Positions 11,011 through 23,900 of a DNA stretch of 64,000 nt are shown here, in pieces. Source of the stretch: Trichinella spiralis (Eukaryota). Position 1 is the stretch's first letter, and each line of letters opens with the position of its first letter. A program made the translations under genes and the position numbers. Location of the stretch: the NCBI RefSeq assembly GCF_000181795.1, contig NW_003526943.1, positions 5,220,588-5,284,587 of the forward strand, written 5' to 3'. Below the pieces are notes generated by a model. That model was not told the origin of the DNA. It made no database searches and saw only the letters and a list, made by a program, of their open reading frames with translations.

Positions 11011-14000
11011 AACAAAATGAAAATCCAAAGCAAACAAATATGCTTTATTAGTTGAATATTATTCAAATTTTCAGCGAGAAAAAAGTTTCAATCAGCAGTA
11101 AAAACGTTTGTGCATGCGGATCGATGGCATTATTATATATATAAAACTTGGCTGAATGAACGAATAAACGACACGCAGCCGTTTGTCACCTAGCCTTATT
11201 TTGGATACTGTCGAACATGTTGAAACCGGTTTTCTTAAGGCGGTAAATTTTATTCACCATCATTAAATCAGGCGAAGATTTTTTTGACAAATAAATCACA
11301 AAATTAATATTACAACAATTATGTAAATTTTGAGAATTATGGACAGCAAAAAAAATTATTTCAAAATGATAAATTTGAGCAAATTTCATTTATTATTAAT
11401 TAAATATTAATAAAATTCATTTTCAACATTGTTCAATTTGTCATTTTCAGTATTAATATATTATTTTCATAAAAATCAAAAAATATGAAAATCAATGAAT
11501 TATTAATTGAAATCAATGAACGCCATTCATATACATGCATGCATTTTTGTCTATTGTATAAGTAAAATAACAAAATACGGCAAGTTATTTGTTTACAGTA
11601 TGACTTTTACTTATTATTCAAAAATAATGTTCAATTTTGTATTATTATTTCATAGAAATTAATCACACAAAGATATTTTCCAACAGTAATTTAAATAATT
11701 TTATTCACTTAGTTTAATTTTAATTTTAAATTTAAAAATAATCAACCATGTTAATTGCAGGTACAAATTGCATGAACATTCTGTTGAAATTGCTAACTGG
11801 TTAAAAGATAGAGTAAAAGAGACAAAAAATACATCACCACCAATACAAAATAAAAACCTGAAATTTCTTGTTGCGCAAATTTCTATAGTCTAATAAATTT
11901 CTATAATCGACATGTTTTATAAGTACAAACTAAAACGCGGAAGGTGATGTGAATAGCATTTTTTATTTTTTTAAAATAAATTTCATGCATTCTCTGAAAT
12001 AATAAATTAAAATGAATGAAATGTAAATTTATTTCAAATAATAACACAAGATAATTGTTTAAACATTCAATTCTGGGATGATGTACTGTAATTACAATTT
12101 ATTGAGCATAATTTTCATAAAAACATTTTAAGATTTTTTGCTATCAAATTGATTCTTAAAAATTATTTTAATAATAAATTTTTAAAATTTTATGAATGTT
12201 ACATTTGAAACGGTAAACATTTAGGCAATTTTATTTTTCAAAATTTCAATTTTATTCTCAAGTTTGCAATACTTCAACAATTTCATTTAAAATTTTTTAT
12301 GGCTGAAATTCCCAAGATAATTCTGATTATTTAGACTTTCAAATTCTATAAAATAGAGCAGCGCTGAATTATAAAAAAGCAAGATTTTTAATGCTCTGAC
12401 ATTAGATTAAATTCATTAAATCTGACAAAGAAATTCAAATTCTTTGTTACAATAGATGCAAAATTTTTGGAAAATTTTTTCAATAATAATAATTTTTTGA
12501 ATGCTTCAGACTTATGCAATTTCTTTTTAAAATAAAGTTTTCAATATTGATAATAAGTTTAAGTTTGTTGTAAAATAATGAATTTTATGATACGTTCAAG
12601 AAATTTTAAAATTATCACAAAGAGAATAGAAATAAAAATAAAACCAATCCAAAAAAATGATTAATTTGCTTTGAAAAGTTTGCACGAATGACTCATATTT
12701 CACCGTTATCAAATAAAAAAATCAAAACACTACATCGAAACAAATCTTAATTTTTGAATAGCATTGCATTTCAGAAAATGGCCATTACTTTTATATTTCT
12801 GATAAAGAATAATTCTTCTTCTAATCAGAAGAATATTCAAAGCTGCAGAAAAATCGAACACATTATTCTCAGCGGAATTTACATATTTATATAATAAAAT
12901 CGAAGCTGTGATAAATTATCAAAGCAAAATTCAAAAATATTCAAAAGCAAAACTGGATTTTTATTCCAAAAAATTAATGCATGCACGTGTTATTTTTTCA
13001 AATTACAGTGCAAACAGTGGAAAATAAAATTTATAATTATTGACAATAAAGATGATAATAATTTTATAGATAAAAGAAATTACAGTTTTTCTTCATTTTT
13101 ATTGAAATCTTTTAAATATAGACAAACATAATCCATTACTCTTTGAAATGGAATCTTTCTTCACTCTTATCAATAATACCACTATTTGAACTCTTCATGA
13201 CCATTATGCATTTGACTCGACTGATTTTTTTTCTTCAGTTTAAACCAGTTTACCATTATATTAATATTAATTTAAAATTTATTACATATTAAATGAATGT
13301 CAAATGTAAAAATTTTCAACATTCACATAACTTATTTATCATATTTATTTACATTTATATATAAAAGAATAACACTTGCAATAAATGTTAAAAGTTGAAC
13401 TGAAGCAATTACTGCCATTTAGAAGCTATTTAACAATGCTATAGATGGTGATTGCTTTACTTTATGTGAACCAATTGATAACACTTTGACAAAGCGAAAT
13501 GCATCAAAAGCTTAATTTGCATCATTTATTAGATTACTTTTTCTAATATGTGATAATTACTTTCTAAATATTTGACATTACAGTTAAGTGGCAAGGTTTA
13601 TTACAATAAGAAATTTCAGCTGTAACAAATGTAGAAATTTGCAGCATAGAATATGCTAAATTTGTCTATTGCAAGCTTCAACAATTGGAAATTTATTTTG
13701 AAATTATTTTTAAAAGTGAAACAATTTTTGTTCAAAATTTGCTTATATGCTACAATTTATTTTTGAACAACTTTCAGTCGCTTCAAACATGAAGAATACA
13801 TGTGCATATTAAAAATTACACAGCATTCTTTTCAATAATTGCACCATCATGACAAAAATAATAATAATAAAATGAAAATTTCGGGCAACATATATTTCAT
13901 ATATAAATATTAAAATTTAAAATCAAATAATAAAATTGTTTTTAATTTTAAATTGACTGGGTCAATTGTGCTGATTATAATTTTAAAGTTAAACGTTTAA

Positions 14001-14767
14001 ATTGTTGTGAAAAGGTGAAATTTATTCATACTGGAAAATTGTCTGACGCATGCGCATTGTTGTTCAACGCCAAGAAATTAGTCCAACCGAATAAAATCAA
14101 AAGAAAACGCTATTTTCAGATATTTCATTATCATATGATCGATTTTTTGGAACGATAATTTTCTGCCCCGACGATCATGCATCATTGCTTTTCTAAAAAG
14201 ATGTCGCACAATGTAAACAGCCGCGAAAATATTACGCTTTTATTGTACCACTCTTCGGAAGTTGAAATCATTAATTTTTTTTCTTTGTTTATTTTTTTGA
14301 AATATTTTTCTCGAATCTACATAAAAGAGCATGTTTATTAAATTAATTGTCATAAATAAATGTCACTGTCATAAATTAACTGTCAACAGGCAAATACAAT
14401 TGATACAAAATAAAAACATTCATTTATCTTTTTAAACATAATAATAATAAGCCGTACTTTTAATATGATTGATGTATATTTAATTGAAAGAATTTACTTT
14501 CCAATTAATTTATTGTTGAAAAATTCAAAATTTCACACGTGAACATGAAAAATATCAGAATAAAAAAACTTACTTTCATATTTCATCAAAAAAACAGACA
14601 AATGCAACTTCACCTCTTACTGTAAGTGTGGTTCTGTTTTGTTCATTGAAAATGATTGGTTGGTTGTTGTTCAGCAAATGTACTGTTTCATGAATTGCAA
14701 AATATGTATTTCAAAAAAGCATATTTTAATTTTAATTAACAAGATGAAAAAAATAACAACTTTTTGT

Positions 14768-16675
14768 TCATGTTCGGCGAAAATCACCCCTCAGAACACG
14801 TATGAATGTCCGCCGAAAAGCGCGATTGGCAAACGCGTAGGCAAACGGATTGAAAGAGCTGTTTAAATAGCACAAATAGTAGCTGGTTGTGAACAGGGCA
14901 TTGGGCACGCAGTCGTGGCAAAAGCCGTACACAGTAGCGACAATATAATACGGCGACCAGAACAAGGCGAACGCGCCCACAATAACCGTAATGGTGCGAA
15001 AAGCACGCCGAGCCCTCTTCTCCGCCCGGGTCACTTTCCGCTTTTTCATCAAAAGTGAGGTCGGGTTGGTGAACAAAGTGGTCAGCCAGCGGTTCGCTTT
15101 GCTGGCCGACCCCGCCCGACGGAGGCGTGGTTCAGAAACGTGACCTTCCTCTTTACAAGAGCTCTGCAAGCTGTTCCCTTTGGCAGACCCTGACGACGGT
15201 TTGCCGGCTGTCAAATTGTAACACTTGGGCACGCTCAGGTATTTTCCGTTGACGTTGAAGTTCACTGCAGCGGCTTGTTGCTCGTTGTTTGAATTTTTCG
15301 ATGTGGTCGAATCCAAAGAACTCATGCTGTGCTGACGTGGAAGGGATGATCCATTGTCATCGTCGTCATCATCATCATCATCGTCGTCATCAGTTTTCAA
15401 ATCATCCCCACTGTCAGTATCGCTGCTCTGCTTCGCCGGCTTATCTTCCTCTGACGACGATTCATTGCAGTCAACATGAGGTGCTTGTATGTGGACCGGA
15501 TTGTCAGTGATAATATCACTGGCGTCTGAGATGCGCCTTTCGAAGTCAAAATCTTCAATGAAACTGAACGGATCGTACACATCACTGCAATCTTTGACAT
15601 TTTCAACTTTTGCACTTAGCTTCTCCCCTGCTGAACGGCCCGTTGCTCCCAGCAGCAGTGGACAAGAGCTACGCTCTTCAGCGCTGGGCCAGGAGGATTC
15701 TTTAGCATAGTCGTCCGGCGGCAATTGGACACTGACGGCGTCCTGATCTTCATCCTCTTGTCTGACACTCGGGGTGATGATCACCTTCGGCGTGGAAGGC
15801 ATGGGTCGTTTGGCATGGGCATTTTTGTTCACCTTCTCGTCGTTAGCATTGTGAGCGCCGTGCATTCCGACGGAATGCAGACTCTGCGGATCAGCGTGGA
15901 AATAGAGACCCACAGACACTTGGGCCATGCACCGTTGACCGAGCATCAGAGCTACAGTTCGATGATGTCGTGCCGCGTTTCTTTCTTCGAGCTGTTTCGC
16001 AGCTTGGTGTATCCCTCTGTACAGAACGCTCATCGCGATCAATATAGTCCAATAATAAGCAATATACAGTGACATGTTCACGTAGGGATCGTTCAAAAAT
16101 GGAACGTAACACTTTTCCGTCGGAGTCGGAGTCGTGTTCGTAAAAGAGTGCCAACCGAAAATCATGATTGTAAACAGTGCGGCTGGTAGAAGCCAGCTCA
16201 CGCAGACCATGGTTTTCACCTTGAAGGCGGTTTGCCAGTGTCTGTATTTGGCCGGATAACAAACGGAACAATAGCGGTCAACAGTGATGAGCAGTACGGT
16301 AAAAATGGAAACCAAACAAAGCGTGTAATCAAGACAAAGCCAAATTTGGCACATCGTTCGCCCGAGTGGCCAACGTTCGCGTTCAACAACGTACATCGTT
16401 AACAGAGGAAAACCTTCCATACCTATGATCAAGTCGGATATGGCCAACGAGACGATGAAATAGCTGCTCAGTTGCATGCGAATCGTCCGCTCCAGTCGGT
16501 AGGCGATGAGCACCAACAGATTGCCCAAGATTGTTTCGACGGAAAAAATCACCGTCAAAAACCACAAAAAAGCAACCAACAGTATTGGATACGGCTTGGA
16601 ATGGTCAACGATCGCCAACTCAGCCGTGCTTAGATTCGCAATCGTCAAGTGACTTCCAGTTAAAGAAGAAGTCAT
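14768..16675 (-). CDS. Intronless class A GPCR, muscarinic acetylcholine receptor of the GAR-1/GAR-2 (B-type) group
   Basis: 635-aa ORF with 7 TM segments: GNLLV, SLAISDLIIGMEGFP, TM3 WLCLDYTLCLVSIFTVLLITVDRY, long acidic ICL3 with poly-Asp, TM6 FWSPYYI, TM7 YYLCYLNSSFNPFAY. Confidence 0.92.
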   Translation of the reverse strand: MTSSLTGSHLTIANLSTAELAIVDHSKPYPILLVAFLWFLTVIFSVETILGNLLVLIAYRLERTIRMQLSSYFIVSLAISDLIIGMEGFPLLTMYVVERERWPLGRTMCQIWLCLDYTLCLVSIFTVLLITVDRYCSVCYPAKYRHWQTAFKVKTMVCVSWLLPAALFTIMIFGWHSFTNTTPTPTEKCYVPFLNDPYVNMSLYIAYYWTILIAMSVLYRGIHQAAKQLEERNAARHHRTVALMLGQRCMAQVSVGLYFHADPQSLHSVGMHGAHNANDEKVNKNAHAKRPMPSTPKVIITPSVRQEDEDQDAVSVQLPPDDYAKESSWPSAEERSSCPLLLGATGRSAGEKLSAKVENVKDCSDVYDPFSFIEDFDFERRISDASDIITDNPVHIQAPHVDCNESSSEEDKPAKQSSDTDSGDDLKTDDDDDDDDDDDDNGSSLPRQHSMSSLDSTTSKNSNNEQQAAAVNFNVNGKYLSVPKCYNLTAGKPSSGSAKGNSLQSSCKEEGHVSEPRLRRAGSASKANRWLTTLFTNPTSLLMKKRKVTRAEKRARRAFRTITVIVGAFALFWSPYYIVATVYGFCHDCVPNALFTTSYYLCYLNSSFNPFAYAFANRAFRRTFIRVLRGDFRRT

Positions 16676-19600
16676 GCTGTCATCGGAGCGACGAAAGTGA
16701 GCAAAGAATCCAGTGAAAACCTTTTTGCAACAAACACGAGCAATCGATCCAACGTCAGTCTAAGCAAATCTTTCAATTGGACTATGAGAAAATTTAGCAG
16801 AAATCCATTTGAGACTCTTTCAACATGTCACGGATAATCGTCTTGATTCACTCTGATTAGTAATCACCAATAAACTACTAAATAGCATACGGAAGCCGCG
16901 TCACGGCACATTGTATTGAAATTGTCACCATGTCAATTACGATTAGCTTCCCACGATTTGCGATAATCATATTCGCTTCATCAAGTTGCTTTAACATCAT
17001 CTGACCTATAGCCGCGATCAAATTAGGCAACATGCAACGGACGGTTCTGAGCTTCAAACGGCGAATGGCAGCGCTTTGAACTGCTCACCGGTTGGCTAGC
17101 GTAGTGAAGTTAACCAAGCCGAGCGGTGGTCAGTTTCGAAAATGAAATTACCCTGAAACTTGCGAAATTGTAAAAATTTTTGGCAACTTTCAAATGCTGA
17201 CTTTCCTTTCCAAATTTAGCTTCACTAACAAAGTGCTGTTTTAAAAACCATTTCCACGTCTTTGACAATTTGCAATAACAAAATTTACCATTGGATATCG
17301 TTTTTTGAGCACAAAACTTTATCCGTCGCTTTATGAAGCAACTGAAAGCCGGTGGGCGATTAAATATTAGCAGCTTGCATTAAACTGAATCAATGTACAA
17401 CGTTGGAAACGTTTCACTTGATTTAGTAAATATTGAACTTGGCACTATTTCTCAAGCTGCCAGTAGTGAAAGAAAAACAAGAAAGCATCCTCAAATGATT
17501 AACCGAACTGAAAGAAATGTAGCATTGCGGAAATCTGTGCAATAAAAAGTGACCGTTAATGCATGCTGACGGAATTAGTTAAGCGCGGTGAATGTTGAAT
17601 TGTCAGTGAGTTAAAACGTCACGTATGTTCTGTTAACAGACAATACATTTTAAATGGTAAGAACAAATTATTTAATAGATCTATTCTGCCTATTCAACTT
17701 CTTAATAAATTCCAATATCAACGCCCATTAACGATCATTTTAAATGCGAAAATTATTTACAATAACTTTTACATTTTGCACAATTAAAATGATCTGAACC
17801 TTATCATAATAATATTTTTTTTCAATTTGCTTTAATGCATGTCTTTTATGAAAAAAATTTATTAATTTCTTTGCTTTACTTTTGAAATACACAATGAGGA
17901 AATATTTCTGCAAAACTGCTTTTTTTTTATTCCATTTTCAAAATGCACTTCTAAACTTTAACAATCAATATAATAATATTTGAAAGTGGTTTGTATTAAT
18001 TATTTATTTTACTTTTTACGAACAAAAATTTGCTTTGAGTATAAAAAATTGAATTTTGTTAACATTATTTTTTTCTATTTAACGTCATAACACTTTAACA
18101 TTGAACGATAATTTAACTGAAAAATAGAAAATGCAATTAGAAAATGGATCAATCTGCTTACAATGAGAATATAATTTTTTCTGCATTATAAAACATCCTT
18201 TTGTTGCACATCATTTTATAAATTTACATAGTACAATTCCTTACGGTTTTTAAATGTCAAACTTGAAAAATATGATAAAGAAAAATTCACAATATCTTAA
18301 CGTACTTTTTTTATTTAAAGCAATGATCAAAATGTTTTCAAGTAAAATTCACTTTGTTTATCTCGATTAAATAATAAATATTACGTTTATTCATTTTTTA
18401 TTCAACAGCTATGATAACCTTATCTTCATGCTAGCATGAAGACTGTTTTTATAGCAATCTAATTTTTCTAATTAAACAAATTCAGATTTTATGCATGTAG
18501 ATAAAACATCATTTTTATAAACAACAAAATTTTGAAACTGAAAGTCATAAAAACAGTTCAAATTATGGTAAATAAGATATTATTCAAGCGGTTTAATGAC
18601 AATGCCTTTGCTTTACAACTCATAAAAAGAAGTGAAATTAGCTAGAAATAATTTTTACACGCAAAGCATTTAATGAATGATGGAAAATCTTTTATGTACA
18701 ATATCAATAATTTATTTGTATCTGTTTCTGTCCGCTTAAATAAGTCTTTCAGTATTACTTGAAAGTCAATTGAGTCAAATTACTGTAAAATATGCATTAC
18801 TTTAAAATAATGTGTGTTTACGATGTCGAATTAAATTGAATCAAGTTCAGTTTTTTTATTTATTTATTCAAAGTAATTTCATTTGGCTTTCACTAAGATA
18901 CAATGAATTACACATTCATGTTGCTGAAATTGTCGCATAAGTATGAAGGAAAAAAATGCTGAATAATGCGTTGGCGTTGCTATTTTAAGAATAATGGTTT
19001 TGCATTACCTTTAATTTTGTATAATCAATCTTGATTTAACTTACTCGGTCTAACATAATGAATAAATAAATTCAGTGACTGTTTTTGACATGCCAAGTAA
19101 TTTATTATTATAACCTTAAATTGAATCCACAATCCATCATAAATATTATCATAGGTGTTAACTTGTGCTCTAACGTTTATTATTTATTATAAATACATGG
19201 AGCATAAATGTATTTTTTAAAGTAAGTGAAGTCATAAAAAGTGATGAAACGAAAGTGTGTTTAATTGTATAAAAATAAAACTGTTTTTAGTGATTTTTTA
19301 CTCACACAACAGCTTAGCTTAAGCTTATGATGAAATTTTATCATATTAATTTATCTTTTATTTTTCATTTATAGTTCAAAATAATTTTAAAACCACTTAA
19401 ATCATTTAGAACAGATTTTATGTTAGTGACTCATGTTTTAAAATTATTTTTGCGGTGGAAATTTTTTGACGTCAATGCAAAAACAATTAGTAAATTGGAT
19501 GGAATTTAATGTTGAAGAAAAGGACTAATTGAGCGTATGGCAACATACATTATGCCCTATTTGAACCAACTGAAACTAAAAAGGCAACGTTCTCTAACGC

Positions 19601-20919
19601 AATTCAAAACCCCACAAACTGATTTATTGATTTCAACAAACGAAGGCAGCGTACATACATGATAATGATAATTTCTACCGAGTAAAAGTTGAATATCTTT
19701 TAAAACAATAAAAACTTATAATTAATATGGAAACATCTGTTGCCCTTGGAAACATAGTTTCTCTGCAGAATTTATGTAAAATTAATGTTGCGTTAATTTA
19801 AAGTATGCTGTATACAGAGAATTATAAATAAATTGCAGTGCATTGTTCACATTCTTCAAATTGTTAATTTTAAACTTTTTCATAAAAAATGGATTTTTTC
19901 AGTTGAAAATAAGGTGTCAAAACAAATGTTTCTGTACTGTTGATTTTCAAGCAATATTTGTGTTAAAAAGTTTAAGTTTTAATTTTTTTTTGAGTTGAAG
20001 TAAATCAATCTTCCATTAGCATAGAATTGAATCTTAACATCTTTAGCTGTTTCAAAATGTTCAACTGAAAGAAACAAATTTTTCACATTCATAACACTGT
20101 ACGGTATTACTGTAAAGAATGTTATCATTAAAATTCAAATAAAGATGTCAGTTGTTGTAAAGTTTAATTAGAGAGTTCATAATTGCTGATAAATTTGAAA
20201 ATAAATACACAATTTGTGAATTTTTTATTTTTCATGTCATGCATCATGCAAATTTCATGTTGAGAATCAAGTTGTCATGCAGATGTTGTTGTGTTGAATT
20301 TAGCATTTCGTATCAAAAAATGCATACAAAAACTGATACACAATGATAGAAATAAATTAAAATAACATGCTTGAAAAAAAGCATCAGAATAAATGAGAAA
20401 AGGAAAACAACAGCATGATGAATGAAGTAAAAAGTAAAGAATGTAGGTGAAGGCGAAACCGCAAATGAAAGCAACAAAAGAGCAAGTGCAAGTGAAATAA
20501 CACTTGTTTAAGCTTGACAGCGTTGCTTGTGGGACAAATATTCAGGTTAGTAGGATTGTTCTTGAGAGCTGGTGAAAAGTGTTGCTCATCATCATTGTGA
20601 ACCAGTCGGCATGCTTTTTTATACATCAAGGGACAGTTGGACACAGCAAAGTGGATAATTGGACAATTTTACATACAAGTTGATCATTTAAATTACAAGT
20701 AAACAAGGCGCCGATCCTGTTTTGTTCATTGTTCGGATTATTTGTTCGTCATCTTTATGTTTCATGTTTTATTTATTTTATTTTTTTGATTGCTGATTGG
20801 CTTTACAAAAATTGAACCACGCAACAAGTTACTTTAAAACCAATTTTTAATTTGGCGTTCATTTCGAATCCATTTCATCCTGTATAATAAGCTCACTAGC
20901 AAGCTTACTATCTGCAATA

Positions 20920-23900
20920 ATGAATTTTTTCGAAATTGCTTTGCTTCTTTTTCATCTTTTGTTGAAAACTCATACAGCATTTTGTCAACAAGACAAAAGG
21001 CTTTTTTCTGAAAACATCCTGTGCAACACTGAACATGGATCATGTCAAAAAATATCCGCAGAAAAATCTTGCTCAAAATTATCCGGGCAAGAGAAAACAG
21101 TTTTCTGTGAAAATAGAAAGAAAAGGCTGCACATGGCAATCAAACAAGCGCAGCAATACGTCCACGAACACTTCAACATTAGCCGCAGCTCATTTTCCAG
21201 TAAGCTTGCAATTCATCATTCAACAATCAATCTATTTATAAAATGACCGTGTTGATTTTAATTTTTTAAGTTAACTTTATAATTTCAGCACAGTGCATTA
21301 AAATTTCATTAGCATATTTTTTCATGTAACCGTCATGTGGGATGAATGACGGTGGTAAAAATGGCGTCACGTATCAATTTCTAGCAAACAAGTGAAAGCC
21401 CAATTACACAGATCATTAAATATGGATTGCTGATAAACAGGGCGGTTAAATAATATAACCATTGCATTTTAAAGAATTCAAACCGCTCTAAGAATTAATG
21501 CATTACATAGATTAATTTGAAATTAATACTAATTGATTAATTAATTAATTAATCAAACGTTCGATTACTGTATTATTCTATTTATTCATCACACTTTAAA
21601 CTGTCATAAATAACAGTCATAAGTAAAATTATTATTTTACTTGAAAACAGTAGAATATTGTGAAAAGAGTACAAAGCATAAATTTTGAAAAGAATTATAA
21701 ATTTTACCAACTAATTCAGTTAAACCAAAATTGCGATATCTTTTCAATCGATGACAGAACTATTTCAGTATGTCTACAAAATATTCATTTTTCTAAAATA
21801 TTTAGAGCATGCTCATGTTTGCTTAATAAATGGAGAAACTAGTGATTAATGTCTTATATGAATTGCTTCAAATCTTGCAGTACGCAGTTGAAAAACTTTT
21901 CTCACGTCAACTGGCATTGCACGTGAAGTTTCCATTGCTTTATTTTTTTACAAAAAACCAATCAGTTTTTAATATTACATAAAAGCCTTTTATTATACTG
22001 AGGAAATTACTTATTAAAATTAACAGTATATTATAAATTTGATGATCCATTTATTAATCAATAATTCGGTAAATAAACATTCTGAACATGTTTTCAGTGC
22101 GCTTGTTTACTTATTTACTTATTTGAAGCATTTAACAATGCTTAATAAATTAGTAGAGTTATTTTCAACATAAAATTCTGATTTGTACGTTTTAACTGTT
22201 TGTTTCTGATCGAAAACGTTTTAACTAATAATTCAACTATGTCACGTAATTTACAAATAACGTAATATTATGTAAGAATGCATGCAAACTACTTTTTACT
22301 GAGGACTGAAAATGACTGAAATTAACACAGATATTTGAAAATATTTAAATTAGCATGAATAAAAAACAATTTTATCATATTTTCCACGAAAACATTTTTA
22401 GATGGTGAAAAGCAAAACACTTTATGGGCAGTTTACACAGCATCACATATCACTGCTAAACAACTTTCTTATCCTGCACTCGTTACAGTATATGCTGCAA
22501 AACATTTGAAATCGTAAATTTTTGCCGTGCGCTAATGTTGCTTTATGAAATCTTAATTTGGAAGATAATTTTTTCAGAGCTGGAATGACTATAAATGAAA
22601 TTGAAAATGAATTTTCACGATTTGAGCTAGATCAAGCAGGTCTTGATAAAATTTGCCCTTCAAAACCTATTGAAGAATGTGCTCCAGGTGGTTTTCGCAC
22701 TTATTCTGGATTTTGCAATAACGTTAAAAAACCACTGTGGGGATCAGCATTTCAAGCATTTGACCGAATGTACAAGGCATCATATAATGACGGTAAGAAA
22801 TTCAAGAGCTAGTTCTAAAACCGTGAAGCTAGTTGATAGAGCAACCGCTTTTAACTTTTATGTGACTAATAAAAATGTCGAACTACTAAAAAGTTAAAAA
22901 GCAAACTTCACAGATATATCAGAACCACGAAAATCGTCGAATAATTCTACACTACCAGCCTGTAATGAAATCAGCAGAATGTTATTCAACTCTTATGAGA
23001 AGAAGAATTCAAAGCTCTCTTTGATGGTTGCCCAATGGGCTAACATGATTTACAATGATATGGCAAGAATCGGCAGCAACAAAAGTAAGAAGAAGTTTGT
23101 TAGATATTATCAAAATTTGTATTTACATATCAGTTTCTTCAGATGAACATCTTGAAGAATTAGACTGCTGTGGTGCTGATAAAAATAACACTGAATGTTT
23201 GCCAATTGAAAATTTCTACATCTCAGGCAAAAAAACATGCATCCCTTATGCAAGGACAATGCCCGCACCTGCAGAAAGTTGTTCTTTGGGTAATATAAAT
23301 AGCATTTGAATATAAATGAAATGTAACTGTATTGGTTTTCAGGTTCGAGAAAGCAGTCAAATCAAGTTAATTCATTTTTGGATGCAAGTCCTATATATGG
23401 AAGTATGGGAAAACGGGCGGAATTTTTAAGAACAAAACTGAATGGTAATAATTGAATTTCTTAAAAAAATATTTGAAAATTATTTTAAAGGAAAGCTGAA
23501 AATGACGCGTTTGCCTAACAATCAAGAAGCAATGCTTCAGTCACCCAAAGGTTTCAAAGCATGCACGGAAAGCACTAGCAAGTTATGTTTTCTTTCAGGT
23601 ATCTAGATGTCTTGAAACAAATATGTTGCAATGAAATGTTTGAACATTTAGGCTCAGATACTGCAAACCTTTTCCCCACTCTTTCAGCGCTGCACACCGT
23701 ATGGGTGAAGCAACACAATCAGCTCACTTTAAAGTTAAAGGTCTGTTTTGTTAAATAAATAAAATTTAAATGATAATAATAATAATAATTGCAGAAAGTA
23801 AATCAGTTTTGGGATGATGAAAGACTTTACCAAGAGGCAAAGAAAATTGTGGGCGCCCAAATTCAGCACATCACCTTCAATGAATTCCTTCCTCTTGTAA

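Noticed and set aside
15289..16716. Several alternative-frame and antisense ORFs over the GPCR
   Set aside because: By-products of the GC-richer coding sequence and the GAT/GAC repeat
21533..21556. 24-bp perfect palindrome TTGA(TTAA)4TCAA
   Set aside because: Mostly a TTAA microsatellite, which is self-complementary by nature; the same applies to the AT-rich palindrome at 56323-56340
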